Below, in pieces: positions 1 to 9,145 of a DNA stretch of 41,571 nucleotides. The number at the start of each line of letters is the position of its first letter. Within the stretch, counting starts at the first letter, position 1. The stretch covers positions 1-41,571 of the forward strand of contig JBBCAX010000077.1 in assembly GCA_051382335.1 (NCBI GenBank), read 5' to 3'. The DNA comes from Deltaproteobacteria bacterium TL4 (lineage in GTDB: Bacteria > SAR324 > NAC60-12). A model generated the notes under the pieces. The model did not search any database. It saw only the letters and a program-made list of their open reading frames with translations, and was not told the origin of the DNA. The translations under genes and the position numbers were made by a program.

Positions 1-126
1 CTTTTAAATCGCATGGATTTACCTCTGAGACCCAGAGTCAGAGAAAATTATGCTGTGGCATGGGCAAGCTAGATTCTAAGGGGGTGGCCGAACTTACGAC
101 CAAGCCCAACATGTGGTGATAACCTC

Positions 127-623
127 GGCTACTCACTTAACCCCCATGAGACAAGTCTCACAACGAAGCCTGAAAGTAATTGGTAGGCCGGGATTACATG
201 CCCTGCAAAATGAGGGGCACGTAGTCCCCCTTCTACCACTTTCTTACAAAACCGGGACAGCTATTCAAAGTAGAATGTGTTAGCCTGTAGGCGTAACGCA
301 TCAATAAACCCGCCTCTGCCTGTTGCGTTACGCTCGCAAGCTCGCTAACACATCCTACCCTGTGTCCCGGCTTAAGTAGCCTATCAAACAGCTACCCACT
401 TAACCCGGGACACCTCGATGGTAGGCCGGAACTACGTGTCCGGCAACCTCAACGATCAGAAAAGCGGGACATGTAATCCCCGCCTACCAATGTCCCGGCT
501 TTATAAGAAAGTGGTAGAAGGGGGACTACGTGCCCCTCATTTTGCAGGGCATGTAATCCCGGCCTACCAATTACTTTCAGGCTTCGTTGTGAGACTTGTC
601 TCATGGGGGTTAAGTGAGTAGCC
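127..623. repeat. 133-bp inverted repeat (127-259 / 491-623) within an assembly of four REP-like palindromic doublets
   Basis: The reverse complement of 491-623 matches 127-259 at all but 2 positions. GTAG...CTAC-bounded doublets lie at 183-236, 270-358, 421-487 and 514-567. Confidence 0.9.
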
Positions 624-681
624 TATCAAACTAGCACCACTAGTTAATAGTGACTTTTTATGAAATCATGAAGAAAAGCCC

Positions 682-707
682 GTAGTTCAGTCTTTAGCTG
701 GGACTAC
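682..707. repeat. Short GTAG-bounded REP-like hairpin
   Basis: GTAGTTCAG-tcttta-gCTGGGACTAC is an imperfect hairpin with GTAG/CTAC ends. Confidence 0.4.
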
Positions 708-871
708 AAATCTGGATACCCGCCTGTGAAGGAGCGTAATAAATTATAAAATAGAGCGGACCGGCTCTGGCAGGAGACGCGAACATCAGCAGAAAACCGA
801 CGAAAAGATGTCTATTATTTTGACATTCATGAAACAGGTTAATTTTTCAGACTTGTGATCGGGCATAAAAA

Positions 872-1207
872 ATGAATGAGGTTTTGCAGAATGCCCCCCC
901 TTGTCAACCAGCGACAGTACCCATTTGTCCAGCAGATCAACCATTTGACGAACCCTACGTGTTCATACAAAGGAACGTAATGCAAAGCCAATATGAAAAT
1001 ATCAAAGAAGAAATAATGAGATATACCAGTCAAGCGCAACAACTTCGGAAAGCCGGAGAACATTCGAAAGCCTATGAAGCTTTGAGACAATGTCGCAAGA
1101 CATTAATCATTCATCAACCTCTTTTTGCTCCCGAAGTTTCAGCAGGATTATTAGCGCTGCTTGAACTCAAACAACAACAGTTTCAAAGCCAGAGTTCTGC
1201 AAAATAA
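872..1207 (+). CDS. Hypothetical protein (111 aa, helical)
   Basis: ATG-started ORF with plausible amphipathic helical composition; no recognised motif. Confidence 0.55.
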   Translation: MNEVLQNAPPCQPATVPICPADQPFDEPYVFIQRNVMQSQYENIKEEIMRYTSQAQQLRKAGEHSKAYEALRQCRKTLIIHQPLFAPEVSAGLLALLELKQQQFQSQSSAK

Positions 1208-1377
1208 TTTCAAGGGTGAATCCAGAGCTTCACTGTTTTCTGGGCACTGAACCCATAAAAGGCCTTATCTTTTGGAAGCAGCTTTAGTGCGATTGTGATG
1301 ACAGCCAGGACGGTTATGTGTGAAACCTGAGGGAGAAACTAGCAGGAAAGGACTCTGAACTTCGGAGATAACTCAAG

Positions 1378-1451
1378 TGCGCCTGCCAGGAATCGAACCT
1401 GGAACCAATGGAATCGAAATCCACTACTCTATCCAATTGAGCCACAGGCGC
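1378..1451 (-). tRNA. tRNA-Arg (anticodon TCG)
   Basis: Minus strand GCGCCTGTGGCTCAATTGGATAGAGTAGTGGA-TTTCGAT-TCCATTGGTTCCAGGTTCGATTCCTGGCAGGCGCA folds into a cloverleaf with T-loop GTTCGA; CCA is not encoded. Confidence 0.93.
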
Positions 1452-1460
1452 TTGAGGGAG

Positions 1461-1537
1461 TGGGGTGAGCGAAGGGACTTGAACCCTCGGCCACTGGAAT
1501 CACAATCCAGCGCTCTACCAGCTGAGCTACGCTCACC
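1461..1537 (-). tRNA. tRNA-His (anticodon GTG)
   Basis: Minus strand GGTGAGCGTAGCTCAGCTGGTAGAGCGCTGGA-TTGTGAT-TCCAG...GTTCAAGTCCCTTCGCTCACCCCA; G-1 and CCA are encoded. Confidence 0.95.
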
Positions 1538-1573
1538 ATCATGTCACATGATCTGATATGAACTAAGTTCGAC

Positions 1574-1602
1574 AAAGTAATAGTTGCTGGATGAATTTAC
1601 AA
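1574..1602 (-). promoter_or_regulatory. Candidate sigma70 promoter for the tRNA-His/Arg pair
   Basis: Minus strand TTGTAA-17 nt-TACTTT, about 36 nt upstream of tRNA-His, preceded by an A/T-rich tract. Confidence 0.4.
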
Positions 1603-1631
1603 TATAAAAATGATGTTTGTTTTCTTTTTAA

Positions 1632-2531
1632 ATGAGGTCTCTTTTGCAAAAAGCCACACTCCCTGGTAATATCATCCCTTGGAAACATTGTTTTGAGTTG
1701 AGAAAAATCCTATATTTAGTCCTGCTGGTGGCTTCCTCTTTATCGTTGATTTTACTGATGCATAATGCGTTGACGTGGTTAGAAAACATGATGCGACAAA
1801 ACGCGGTGGTGTCCCTTGTGTTGGATAAACAGGTTTCTCAAGAACAATATGAACAGGTTGACTCTCTCTTAAAACAGAATCCGAAGGTGGCCTCCGTGAC
1901 GAAGATCTCAGGGCCTGAGGCCTTAGAGCAAGTGACACACACACTTCACTTGTCTCCCAAATTATCCAGAGATCTCAATCTTCTTCAACTTCCTCAGATC
2001 CTGAATGTTCAACTTCGCAAACCCTATTTGTCCAACATGGAGCAATTGATTCTCGGTTTGGGAGCGCATTCTGGAATTAATCAAGTACTGCATTCCAAAA
2101 CTCTTGTGGAAATATTGGATTGGTGGTATGTAGTCCTCAAAAATTTACACTACCTTTGTCTGAGTAGCGCAAGTATTTTCATCTGTTGGAGTCTTTCAAA
2201 AATGATTCAGATTCATTGGCAACACAGACGAGATGAAATAATGCTACTCTACTTTTCAGGATCTACGTCACGAACGATTTGTTGGTTTTTTATCAAAGAA
2301 GGAGGAATTCTCCTGGGTACGGCGATTCTTCTTGCTTTAGGCTTCCTTTATGGGGGATACTGTGTCCTGGAACGATTTTTATTCATCGGGAAAAAATTTC
2401 CTTTTACAGAAAAAATCTATTTTATTCCATGGAGTGACCTCCTTGTTGGAGGAATGGGATTGATTATTCTGGGAATGGGTGTCTTATCCTGGCAAGTTCA
2501 CAGTTTAGCAAGGTCGATGGCTTTGCGTTGA
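1632..2531 (+). CDS. ftsX: FtsX-like cell-division permease (diverged)
   Basis: One N-terminal TM helix, an extracytoplasmic domain (VSLVLDKQV...NPKVASVTKISGPEAL...LPQILNVQL) and three C-terminal TMs with RRDEIMLLYFSGST...FFIKEG, matching the FtsX pattern. Confidence 0.75.
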   Translation: MRSLLQKATLPGNIIPWKHCFELRKILYLVLLVASSLSLILLMHNALTWLENMMRQNAVVSLVLDKQVSQEQYEQVDSLLKQNPKVASVTKISGPEALEQVTHTLHLSPKLSRDLNLLQLPQILNVQLRKPYLSNMEQLILGLGAHSGINQVLHSKTLVEILDWWYVVLKNLHYLCLSSASIFICWSLSKMIQIHWQHRRDEIMLLYFSGSTSRTICWFFIKEGGILLGTAILLALGFLYGGYCVLERFLFIGKKFPFTEKIYFIPWSDLLVGGMGLIILGMGVLSWQVHSLARSMALR

Positions 2532-2700
2532 TCCGCAGGCTGTTCGTACAACAGGACTTTCCTGGGCCCGATCTCCTGAAAAAACTGAAAGCGCATGTCG
2601 TCAGACCGGAACGCGGCCTGGGCAAAAGAAATACCGGCAAAGAGATCCTTGCGAAGTAAACCAAAGTTTCGTTGTATTGAGTGCACATATTTGAGGTTGT

Positions 2701-3942
2701 ATGTCGTTATTAGATGCGGTTGTTGAAAAAGAAATTCCTTGTAAGATTCCGAAGTGTAAGAACACGTGGACCTTGAAGGCGGAAGAACTCGTGGCCAGTT
2801 GGAAAGACCCCAATTATCACCTTCCCCGACGCATGTGTGATTCTTGCAAAAAAATATTTGACGAAACGTCTCCCCTTGAAGTCAAATGTAGCACCCTCGA
2901 TTGTGAAGAAAAGATCATCATCGACCCTTACCAACAGTTGATTCTAAGAAAAAAAGAGAAGTTTTTGAAACATGAAACTCAATTTTGTCCGTCTTGTAAA
3001 GAGCTGCTGAAAACAGTGACGGACAAAGAGATTCCTTGTAGCATGAAGGCCTGTAAAAATACCTGGAGTTGGTACGCCTCCTCTCAGCTTCGAAGTGGGG
3101 GAAAAAGTTTGAAGGCGCAGCCCGAATCCCGACTCTGCAAAAGCTGTTATGACCTTCTGAAAACTCTTAAAAACCAGTCGATTCCTTGTAAAATCAAAGG
3201 CTGCACTGAAGAGTGGACGTTGGACAAAATGACGCAGTTGGAATGGAGTCTCACGCGAAGAAAAGAGCGAAAACGCATGTGTGCTTCTTGCAGTTCCCAG
3301 TTAAAAGCCTTGAAACCTCGCAAGATTCCCTGCCGTGTTTCTGGTTGTCCTCATACCTGGACGTGGGCTTCCTTTTCCCAGTTGGAATTCGAGATAAAAC
3401 AACGACAGGATCCCGCACTAACTCCTCCTCAGCGTTATTGTAAATTTTGTTTTTCACACATGCATACACTCAAGTCTTCTCAAATCCCATGTCCTACGCA
3501 GGGATGTACGAGTAAAATTGACTATCCTGTTGAAAACCAGTTGGAGGATATTGTAAACAAAAGAAAGCATAATTTCTGTGGAATCTGCCCTTCCTGTACC
3601 ACAAACCAAAGAAAACTCAAACCCAAGCCCATGCCTTGTAAAGAAGAGGGCTGTGAGCAAACTTGGATTTGGACACCTGAAGAGCAATTTAACTCTGGAC
3701 ATTATCAAGACGGCAAGTTTATTGTCGGCACCCCCAAAGAACGGTATTGTGATCATTGTCACCTTTTTATGGACACTCATAAGGATACCCATGTGAATTG
3801 TCAGCAGTGCGGCGCGCCTATCCTGTGGACCGTTCATCAGCAGTTAAAAACAGAGATAGGCCAATGGGTCTCCCCCAAATACTGCCCTTCTTGTTTGAAA
3901 AAAGGCTTACCTTCGCCCTCCAAAACAGAGGAGACTTTGTAA
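2701..3942 (+). CDS. Cys-rich protein of eight tandem zinc-ribbon (zf-trcl-like) repeats
   Basis: Eight ~50-aa units of the form [IVM]xC-x2/4-C...W/hydrophobic...Q...CxxC; GAGG RBS just upstream. Confidence 0.85.
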   Translation: MSLLDAVVEKEIPCKIPKCKNTWTLKAEELVASWKDPNYHLPRRMCDSCKKIFDETSPLEVKCSTLDCEEKIIIDPYQQLILRKKEKFLKHETQFCPSCKELLKTVTDKEIPCSMKACKNTWSWYASSQLRSGGKSLKAQPESRLCKSCYDLLKTLKNQSIPCKIKGCTEEWTLDKMTQLEWSLTRRKERKRMCASCSSQLKALKPRKIPCRVSGCPHTWTWASFSQLEFEIKQRQDPALTPPQRYCKFCFSHMHTLKSSQIPCPTQGCTSKIDYPVENQLEDIVNKRKHNFCGICPSCTTNQRKLKPKPMPCKEEGCEQTWIWTPEEQFNSGHYQDGKFIVGTPKERYCDHCHLFMDTHKDTHVNCQQCGAPILWTVHQQLKTEIGQWVSPKYCPSCLKKGLPSPSKTEETL

Positions 3943-4004
3943 ACTATGGAGGTTACCGAGTGGAATTTCATTTTTTAAAAAGAAGAACAGAACCCTTTCT
4001 GGAA

Positions 4005-4105
4005 TAGACTTCTCCAGAAAAGTTTTGTCCTGGGAATGCGGGCCTCTTGTCCGCAAAAGCAAGCGGGACGCCTGCGCTCCCAGCAGAAATTTATCTGGAC
4101 AACTA
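4005..4105. mobile_element. Degenerate MITE-like element containing a REP-like doublet
   Basis: Outer imperfect IR TAGACTTCTCCAGAAAAGTTTTG / CAGAAATTTATCTGGACAACTA; inner GC-rich doublet CTGGGAATGCGGGCCTCTTGTCCGC...GCAAGCGGGACGCCTGCGCTCCCAG (4030-4083). Confidence 0.6.
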
Positions 4106-4161
4106 TACTAAGTTTCTTGCCTTACCGTCACGTGAGGAATTACTAGGTAAAAGGAGGTTAG

Positions 4162-5682
4162 ATGAAAACGTTGATTAAAAACTTGGTTCAAGTCGTTCAT
4201 ATAAAAAACTGGTCCATACAGCGTGGGATGTTGCTCAGTATTTTTATCTTACCTTTAATTTTAGGCGTAGGAAATTGGTTTATAATTAAAAATGTCCAAA
4301 AAAACAAAGGGCAAAACATAGAAAACCTGGACCAAATACGAAACTTGTCTGAGGGGACAGAGGATCTGTTTCGAAACCAATTACCTCTTTGGCAGCAATT
4401 AGCCTCGCAACAACTCCTGAGTCAAAAATTACACCTGGAAGTGGTCCGCTTTGTTTTGGGGGACGAGGCCAAGACCGAAGGACTCAAAACGTATATGACG
4501 CAATTGAAAGCTCAACAAGAAACCGTTGCGTCAAGTTTACAGCGTGTAGAGCTTGACGAGGAATCGCATAAAAACTTGAGGCGAAATCTTATCAAACTCG
4601 AAGCGATTATTCTGAAACTGGGAACCGTTGCCGATAATGAAGCGTTGACCTCTTTGGGACAAGAGGCAAGAGCGACCGTGGAAATAATCACGCTGAATGT
4701 GGGGAACCTCAAACAAGCCTTAGAAGAAAAGATTGCCTCCATAAACAAGGTTGTTTTAGACTCGGCAGCATCAGTTGCAGGAAACGAGGAGGCCTTAGCC
4801 AAGTCTTCAACATGGTTGTTGAGTTTAACGCTGATTTTGACGGGGGCTGCGGTCGGTTTTATTGTGATATTTCAAGCCATGTTTTATTTCTTTCTGAAAA
4901 AAAAACTGGGGGAATTGGATACTCTTGCCAATAATGTTTCTCAATCAGCACGACAACTTTCTTCAAGTTCTCAAAAGCAAAATGGGGCTGTTGAAAATAT
5001 TACAGCCTCTTTAGAAGAACTCATCTCCTCTATTCAGGATGTAGCAAAACACGCCAATGATGTCGCGTTGAACGCCAATAATTCATCAGAGCGGGCGAAA
5101 GCAGGGGGCCAGGTGATTCAACAGTCCATTGAGTCGATGCAAAGGATCTCCGACTCTACAAATAAAATTACAGAAATCATTGTAGTCATGTCTGGCATTG
5201 CGGAGCAAACCAATTTACTTGCTTTAAATGCCGCGATTGAAGCCGCACGAGCGGGAGACGAAGGCAAAGGTTTTGCGGTGGTTGCGGATGAGGTGCGAAA
5301 GTTAGCGGAGCGCAGCGCACATGCCGCTCATGAAATCTCGGGGTTAATCAAAGTTTGCTGCGATCGTGTGGAGGAAGGGGGGACTTTATCAAACAACACG
5401 GGAAACACCTTAAGTACCATTATTGAAAATGTAAAACAGACGGCTGAGATGATTGAACAAATTTCGGCGTCCACTGAGGAACAGGCAGCCACCTCAAACT
5501 CAATCAAAGACAGCATGTTAGAAATTGCGATGGAAGTTGAAACCAATACCAACTTTTCAAAAGATTTGGCCCATTCCGCACAATATATGCGCAGCGAAAT
5601 CCAGCGAACCATCAAGGGGGGAAGGGTACCGAACGACGAAGATTCTGAAGTCCCGAGTTTCGCACTTCAAACACTGGCTTAA
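4162..5682 (+). CDS. Methyl-accepting chemotaxis protein
   Basis: Two TM helices flank a helical periplasmic domain; hairpin-tip signature [49 protein letters not shown]. Confidence 0.97.
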   Translation: MKTLIKNLVQVVHIKNWSIQRGMLLSIFILPLILGVGNWFIIKNVQKNKGQNIENLDQIRNLSEGTEDLFRNQLPLWQQLASQQLLSQKLHLEVVRFVLGDEAKTEGLKTYMTQLKAQQETVASSLQRVELDEESHKNLRRNLIKLEAIILKLGTVADNEALTSLGQEARATVEIITLNVGNLKQALEEKIASINKVVLDSAASVAGNEEALAKSSTWLLSLTLILTGAAVGFIVIFQAMFYFFLKKKLGELDTLANNVSQSARQLSSSSQKQNGAVENITASLEELISSIQDVAKHANDVALNANNSSERAKAGGQVIQQSIESMQRISDSTNKITEIIVVMSGIAEQTNLLALNAAIEAARAGDEGKGFAVVADEVRKLAERSAHAAHEISGLIKVCCDRVEEGGTLSNNTGNTLSTIIENVKQTAEMIEQISASTEEQAATSNSIKDSMLEIAMEVETNTNFSKDLAHSAQYMRSEIQRTIKGGRVPNDEDSEVPSFALQTLA

Positions 5683-5712
5683 GCCCCTTTTGCGATTATC
5701 AAAAATAATTAC

Positions 5713-5761
5713 TTGACGTTTATTTGAGGTTCTAGTACTTGAAAACGAAATAAGTCATTTT
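5713..5761 (+). promoter_or_regulatory. Candidate promoter and TetR-type operator of the MMPL operon
   Basis: TTGACG-17 nt-TACTTG is followed by the imperfect palindrome AAAACGAAATAAGTCATTTT (5742-5761). A TetR gene closes the operon. Confidence 0.35.
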
Positions 5762-5788
5762 ATTCAACAGTCAAAATGGGAGACAAGT

Positions 5789-8110
5789 ATGGTTCGATTA
5801 GCAAAAATTGTCATCAAGTTAGGGTGGTTATTTATCCTGGTTAATTTAGGAGTCACCGTTTTTTTTGCGTCTCAATTACCCAAGTTAAAGATCAATAATG
5901 AGATGGAAACCTTTATTCCAAAGACCCACCCGGTTCGGGCCTTGAATGATCATTTGAAAGAAGTTTTTGGAGACAATAATGTGATCATTCTGGCACTTGA
6001 AGTCAAAGAGGGAACCATTTATCAAGAGGTCATCTTACGCAAGATTGTGGAACTCACCGAGAAACTGGCAACTTTGGCGGGTGTCGAAGACGTGACGAGT
6101 TTGGCCAACGTAAAGAACATCATCGGGAAAGAAGAGGGGATGGTGGTGGAGAAAATCTTTGATCCGGAAGCGCCGATTGATGAAGCGGTTTTGGCAAATG
6201 TCAAAAAGGTTCTCCATTCCTGGGATTTTTATGAAGGTAGCATGATCACTAAAGATGATCGGGCTACGGTGGTTCTGATTGAATTCCCCAAGTTGGCGAT
6301 GATTGCGGAAAAAGCAGCGTTGCATGCGGAACTCACCCAATTTTTGCAAGAGTTTTCCTTTCCTGAGGTCAAGCTCTATTTAGCCGGAAAACCGATGGCA
6401 GAAGTGGAGATGGGAACCAATATGCGGGGAGATATGCAAAAGCTGATTCCCTTTGTTTTCAGCATCGTAGTGGTGGTTTTGATTTTATCCTTCCGTTCCG
6501 TTTTAGGCGTGTTGCTGCCTATCAGTTGTATTGCCATCGCCACGATCAATACCATGGGGCTGATGGCGTATTTAGGCATCGAACTCACCATGATGGGCAC
6601 GATCATTCCAACCGTGTTGATAGCGATTGGCAGTGCTTATTCCATCCATGTCATACATCATTTTTTTCTGGATGTTCATGCGGGGATCCCGCCCAAAGAA
6701 GCGATCATCGGAACCTTTGAAAATGTGGGCCTGTCTGTAGTTTTGGCCGGTCTGACAACCATGGCTGGTTTTGGTTCGCTGGCGACCTCAGAGGTCACTC
6801 CGATTTGGGACTTTGGCGTTTTTGTGGCGATAGGAACCGGAGTTGCTCTCGTTGTCGCGCTGACCATGATTCCTCCTGTTCTGATTTTCGTCGCCAGGTT
6901 TAAGCCTTCCATTGAGACCAAAGCTTCTGGTAAAGACGCTCATAAGGGCATGGATCGGCTGATGTACCAGGGAACCTTTTGGATCTTGAAACACTACAAA
7001 GCGGTTGTGATTTTCGGAGTAGTCTTGGTAGTCGTCTCCATTCTCTCTTCTCTGCGTCTGCAATCCTACAGTGACATGATGGAAATGTTTCCCCGCACTT
7101 CCAAGCTCAGGCAGTCAAACGACTGGATGAATGAGAACCTCACAGGAACGATGTCCCTTTCGATCATTGTTACCGGAGAAAATGACTCCATGAAAGAACC
7201 CGCCGTATTAAGACAAATTGAGGACTTACAGCGTTTTGCGGAACGAACGTTTCCTTTTGTCAGTAAGACTACGTCCCTGGTGGATTTCATCAAACGGATG
7301 AATATGTCCATGAACGGAAATAATCCCGAATTTGAAAAAATCCCTGCCAGTTCTGAATTGGTTGCTCAATACCTGCTGCTCTATAGCACCTCAGGAGACC
7401 CAGGCGATTTTGACGCTTATGTGGATTACGATTACAAGCAGGCCCGAGTCATGATTCAATCCAGAAAAGGCAGTACCCTGGAAAATGACGAAATGATGAA
7501 AGAAGTCTTGGTTTATGCCCAAAGCCATTTTGATTCCCGTTTGAAAATTGAGGCCAGTGGACAAGTTGCGGTTAGCGAGACACTGGTTCGACTGATCGTC
7601 AATGGACAATACAGCAGCGTCGCCGCTTCTATTGGCATTGTTTTGCTATTGATGATGTACATTTATCGTTCTGTACTGGGAGGATTCCTTTCTGTATTGC
7701 CCTTGAGTCTGGCTATTTTAATTAACTTTGCAATCATGGCTCAACTCGGTATTCCCCTGGATGTGGGGAGTGCCATCATTGCCAGTATCGCGGTTGGAGT
7801 CGGGATTGATTATGCGATTCATTATGTCAATAACGCCCGTCATGACGCGAAAGATTTTGAAACTATGGATGATCTCTATCTCCATACCGCCACCACCTCA
7901 GGTTCTGCCATCATGTTTAACGCATTGGCTGTGGGGTTGGGTTTTTTGGTGCTGGCTTATTCCAATTTCCCTCCAATGATCCGGATGGGGACATTGGTCG
8001 CGTTAACCATGGGAACTTCGGCGGTGGGAAGTTTGGTTTTCATTCCGGCACTGCTCAAAATGTTTCATCCCAAATTTATTAAACTCAAAACAACGGGGAA
8101 TAGGGAATAG
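5789..8110 (+). CDS. MMPL/RND-superfamily exporter (lipid/hydrophobe transporter type)
   Basis: Duplicated 1 TM + periplasmic + 5 TM halves; motifs AIGSAYSIH, GVGIDYAIHY, LTTMAGFGSL. Confidence 0.95.
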   Translation: MVRLAKIVIKLGWLFILVNLGVTVFFASQLPKLKINNEMETFIPKTHPVRALNDHLKEVFGDNNVIILALEVKEGTIYQEVILRKIVELTEKLATLAGVEDVTSLANVKNIIGKEEGMVVEKIFDPEAPIDEAVLANVKKVLHSWDFYEGSMITKDDRATVVLIEFPKLAMIAEKAALHAELTQFLQEFSFPEVKLYLAGKPMAEVEMGTNMRGDMQKLIPFVFSIVVVVLILSFRSVLGVLLPISCIAIATINTMGLMAYLGIELTMMGTIIPTVLIAIGSAYSIHVIHHFFLDVHAGIPPKEAIIGTFENVGLSVVLAGLTTMAGFGSLATSEVTPIWDFGVFVAIGTGVALVVALTMIPPVLIFVARFKPSIETKASGKDAHKGMDRLMYQGTFWILKHYKAVVIFGVVLVVVSILSSLRLQSYSDMMEMFPRTSKLRQSNDWMNENLTGTMSLSIIVTGENDSMKEPAVLRQIEDLQRFAERTFPFVSKTTSLVDFIKRMNMSMNGNNPEFEKIPASSELVAQYLLLYSTSGDPGDFDAYVDYDYKQARVMIQSRKGSTLENDEMMKEVLVYAQSHFDSRLKIEASGQVAVSETLVRLIVNGQYSSVAASIGIVLLLMMYIYRSVLGGFLSVLPLSLAILINFAIMAQLGIPLDVGSAIIASIAVGVGIDYAIHYVNNARHDAKDFETMDDLYLHTATTSGSAIMFNALAVGLGFLVLAYSNFPPMIRMGTLVALTMGTSAVGSLVFIPALLKMFHPKFIKLKTTGNRE

Positions 8111-8136
8111 GGAATAGGGAATGGGGAATGGGGAAT
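8095..8136 (+). repeat. Heptamer tandem repeat (RGGGAAT)x6
   Basis: GGGGAAT AGGGAAT AGGGAAT AGGGAAT GGGGAAT GGGGAAT; it overlaps the MMPL stop codon. Confidence 0.95.
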
Positions 8137-8214
8137 GGATAATCCCTATGCGCCATTCCCTCCTGAAAACCAAATTTTAAAACTAAATTTAAGAATAATG
8201 ATGAGGAGAATCTT

Positions 8215-9138
8215 ATGAAATCCAATAAATTATTGCCTTGGAGTGTGATTATCGGTTGTTGCTTTTTTTTGTTTTGTGGCCTCGCTTCTCCGCTTTTAGC
8301 GGAAGATGCCGTCACGCTTCGCAAAAGAGTGGATGATCGTTATGAAGGAGATGATTCAACGGGAAAAACAATCTTGAAACTGCAGAAAATCACTCGAAAC
8401 GGAGAAGAGGTCACCGTCAATGCTGAAAGGCTCAGGGTGACCACACGCTTTACCAAAGCCTATAGCAAAGATAGCAAAAGTGTGATGTTTTTTTTGGAAC
8501 CTGCGGATGTAAGGGGAACCGGTTTCCTGAGTTATGCCTATGACGATGAAAGTAAAGATAATGATCAATGGTTATATTTGCCCGCACTCAAAAAAGTCAA
8601 ACGCATCGCCTCCAGCGACAAAAGTGGCTCTTTCATGGGCACAGATTTCAGTTACGTGGACATCGGCGGTATCAAGGTGGACAAGTACAACCATCGCTAC
8701 CTCATTAACGACGACCTGAAAGCACTGATGAAGGAAGAATCGGTGATGAAATTATTGCAAACAAAATTTGGCAAAACGCAAGCAGGTTTTGAGAAAGCTC
8801 AAGCATGGTTTTTTACTTCCGGTGTTAAAGTCGTTGAATCGATTCCCAAGGACAAAACCACGCTCAACGAAGATGGCTATGCCCGCTTCATCGCCTGGAT
8901 TGATCCGGAAACGCTGACCACCGAAAAAGCGCTGTATTTTGGTAAAAACGATAAAGTTTTTAAGCTTATGGAAATGTTGGAAAAACAAAAAATTCAGGAG
9001 ATTTGGACCTTCACCAAGATGGTTATGGAAAACTTCAGTAAAAGTCACCGGACCATCATCGAAATGCAGGAAACTCATTACAATACCGGAATTAAAGACA
9101 ACTATTTTACACAGAGAACCCTAACACAAGGCCCCTAG
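8215..9138 (+). CDS. LolA-like outer-membrane lipoprotein-sorting family periplasmic protein
   Basis: Signal peptide; motifs FLEPADVRGTGFL, DQWLYLPALKKVKRIAS, SFMGTDFSY and YNTGIKDNYFTQRTL typical of this family. Confidence 0.93.
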   Translation: MKSNKLLPWSVIIGCCFFLFCGLASPLLAEDAVTLRKRVDDRYEGDDSTGKTILKLQKITRNGEEVTVNAERLRVTTRFTKAYSKDSKSVMFFLEPADVRGTGFLSYAYDDESKDNDQWLYLPALKKVKRIASSDKSGSFMGTDFSYVDIGGIKVDKYNHRYLINDDLKALMKEESVMKLLQTKFGKTQAGFEKAQAWFFTSGVKVVESIPKDKTTLNEDGYARFIAWIDPETLTTEKALYFGKNDKVFKLMEMLEKQKIQEIWTFTKMVMENFSKSHRTIIEMQETHYNTGIKDNYFTQRTLTQGP

Positions 9139-9145
9139 GAGGAAC

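Noticed and set aside
418..621. 67-aa ORF
   Set aside because: Lies wholly within the palindromic repeat assembly; no coding features.
127..623. CRISPR array or integron attC array
   Set aside because: Repeats are inverted and nested rather than direct repeats with unique equal-length spacers; no cas or intI gene is in the window.
2464..2688. Short ORFs on both strands between ftsX and the zinc-ribbon gene
   Set aside because: No RBS or recognisable motif; cannot decide whether any is a gene fragment.
2701..3942. Multiheme cytochrome c
   Set aside because: Only one CxxCH (CDHCH) among many CxxC motifs, and no signal peptide.
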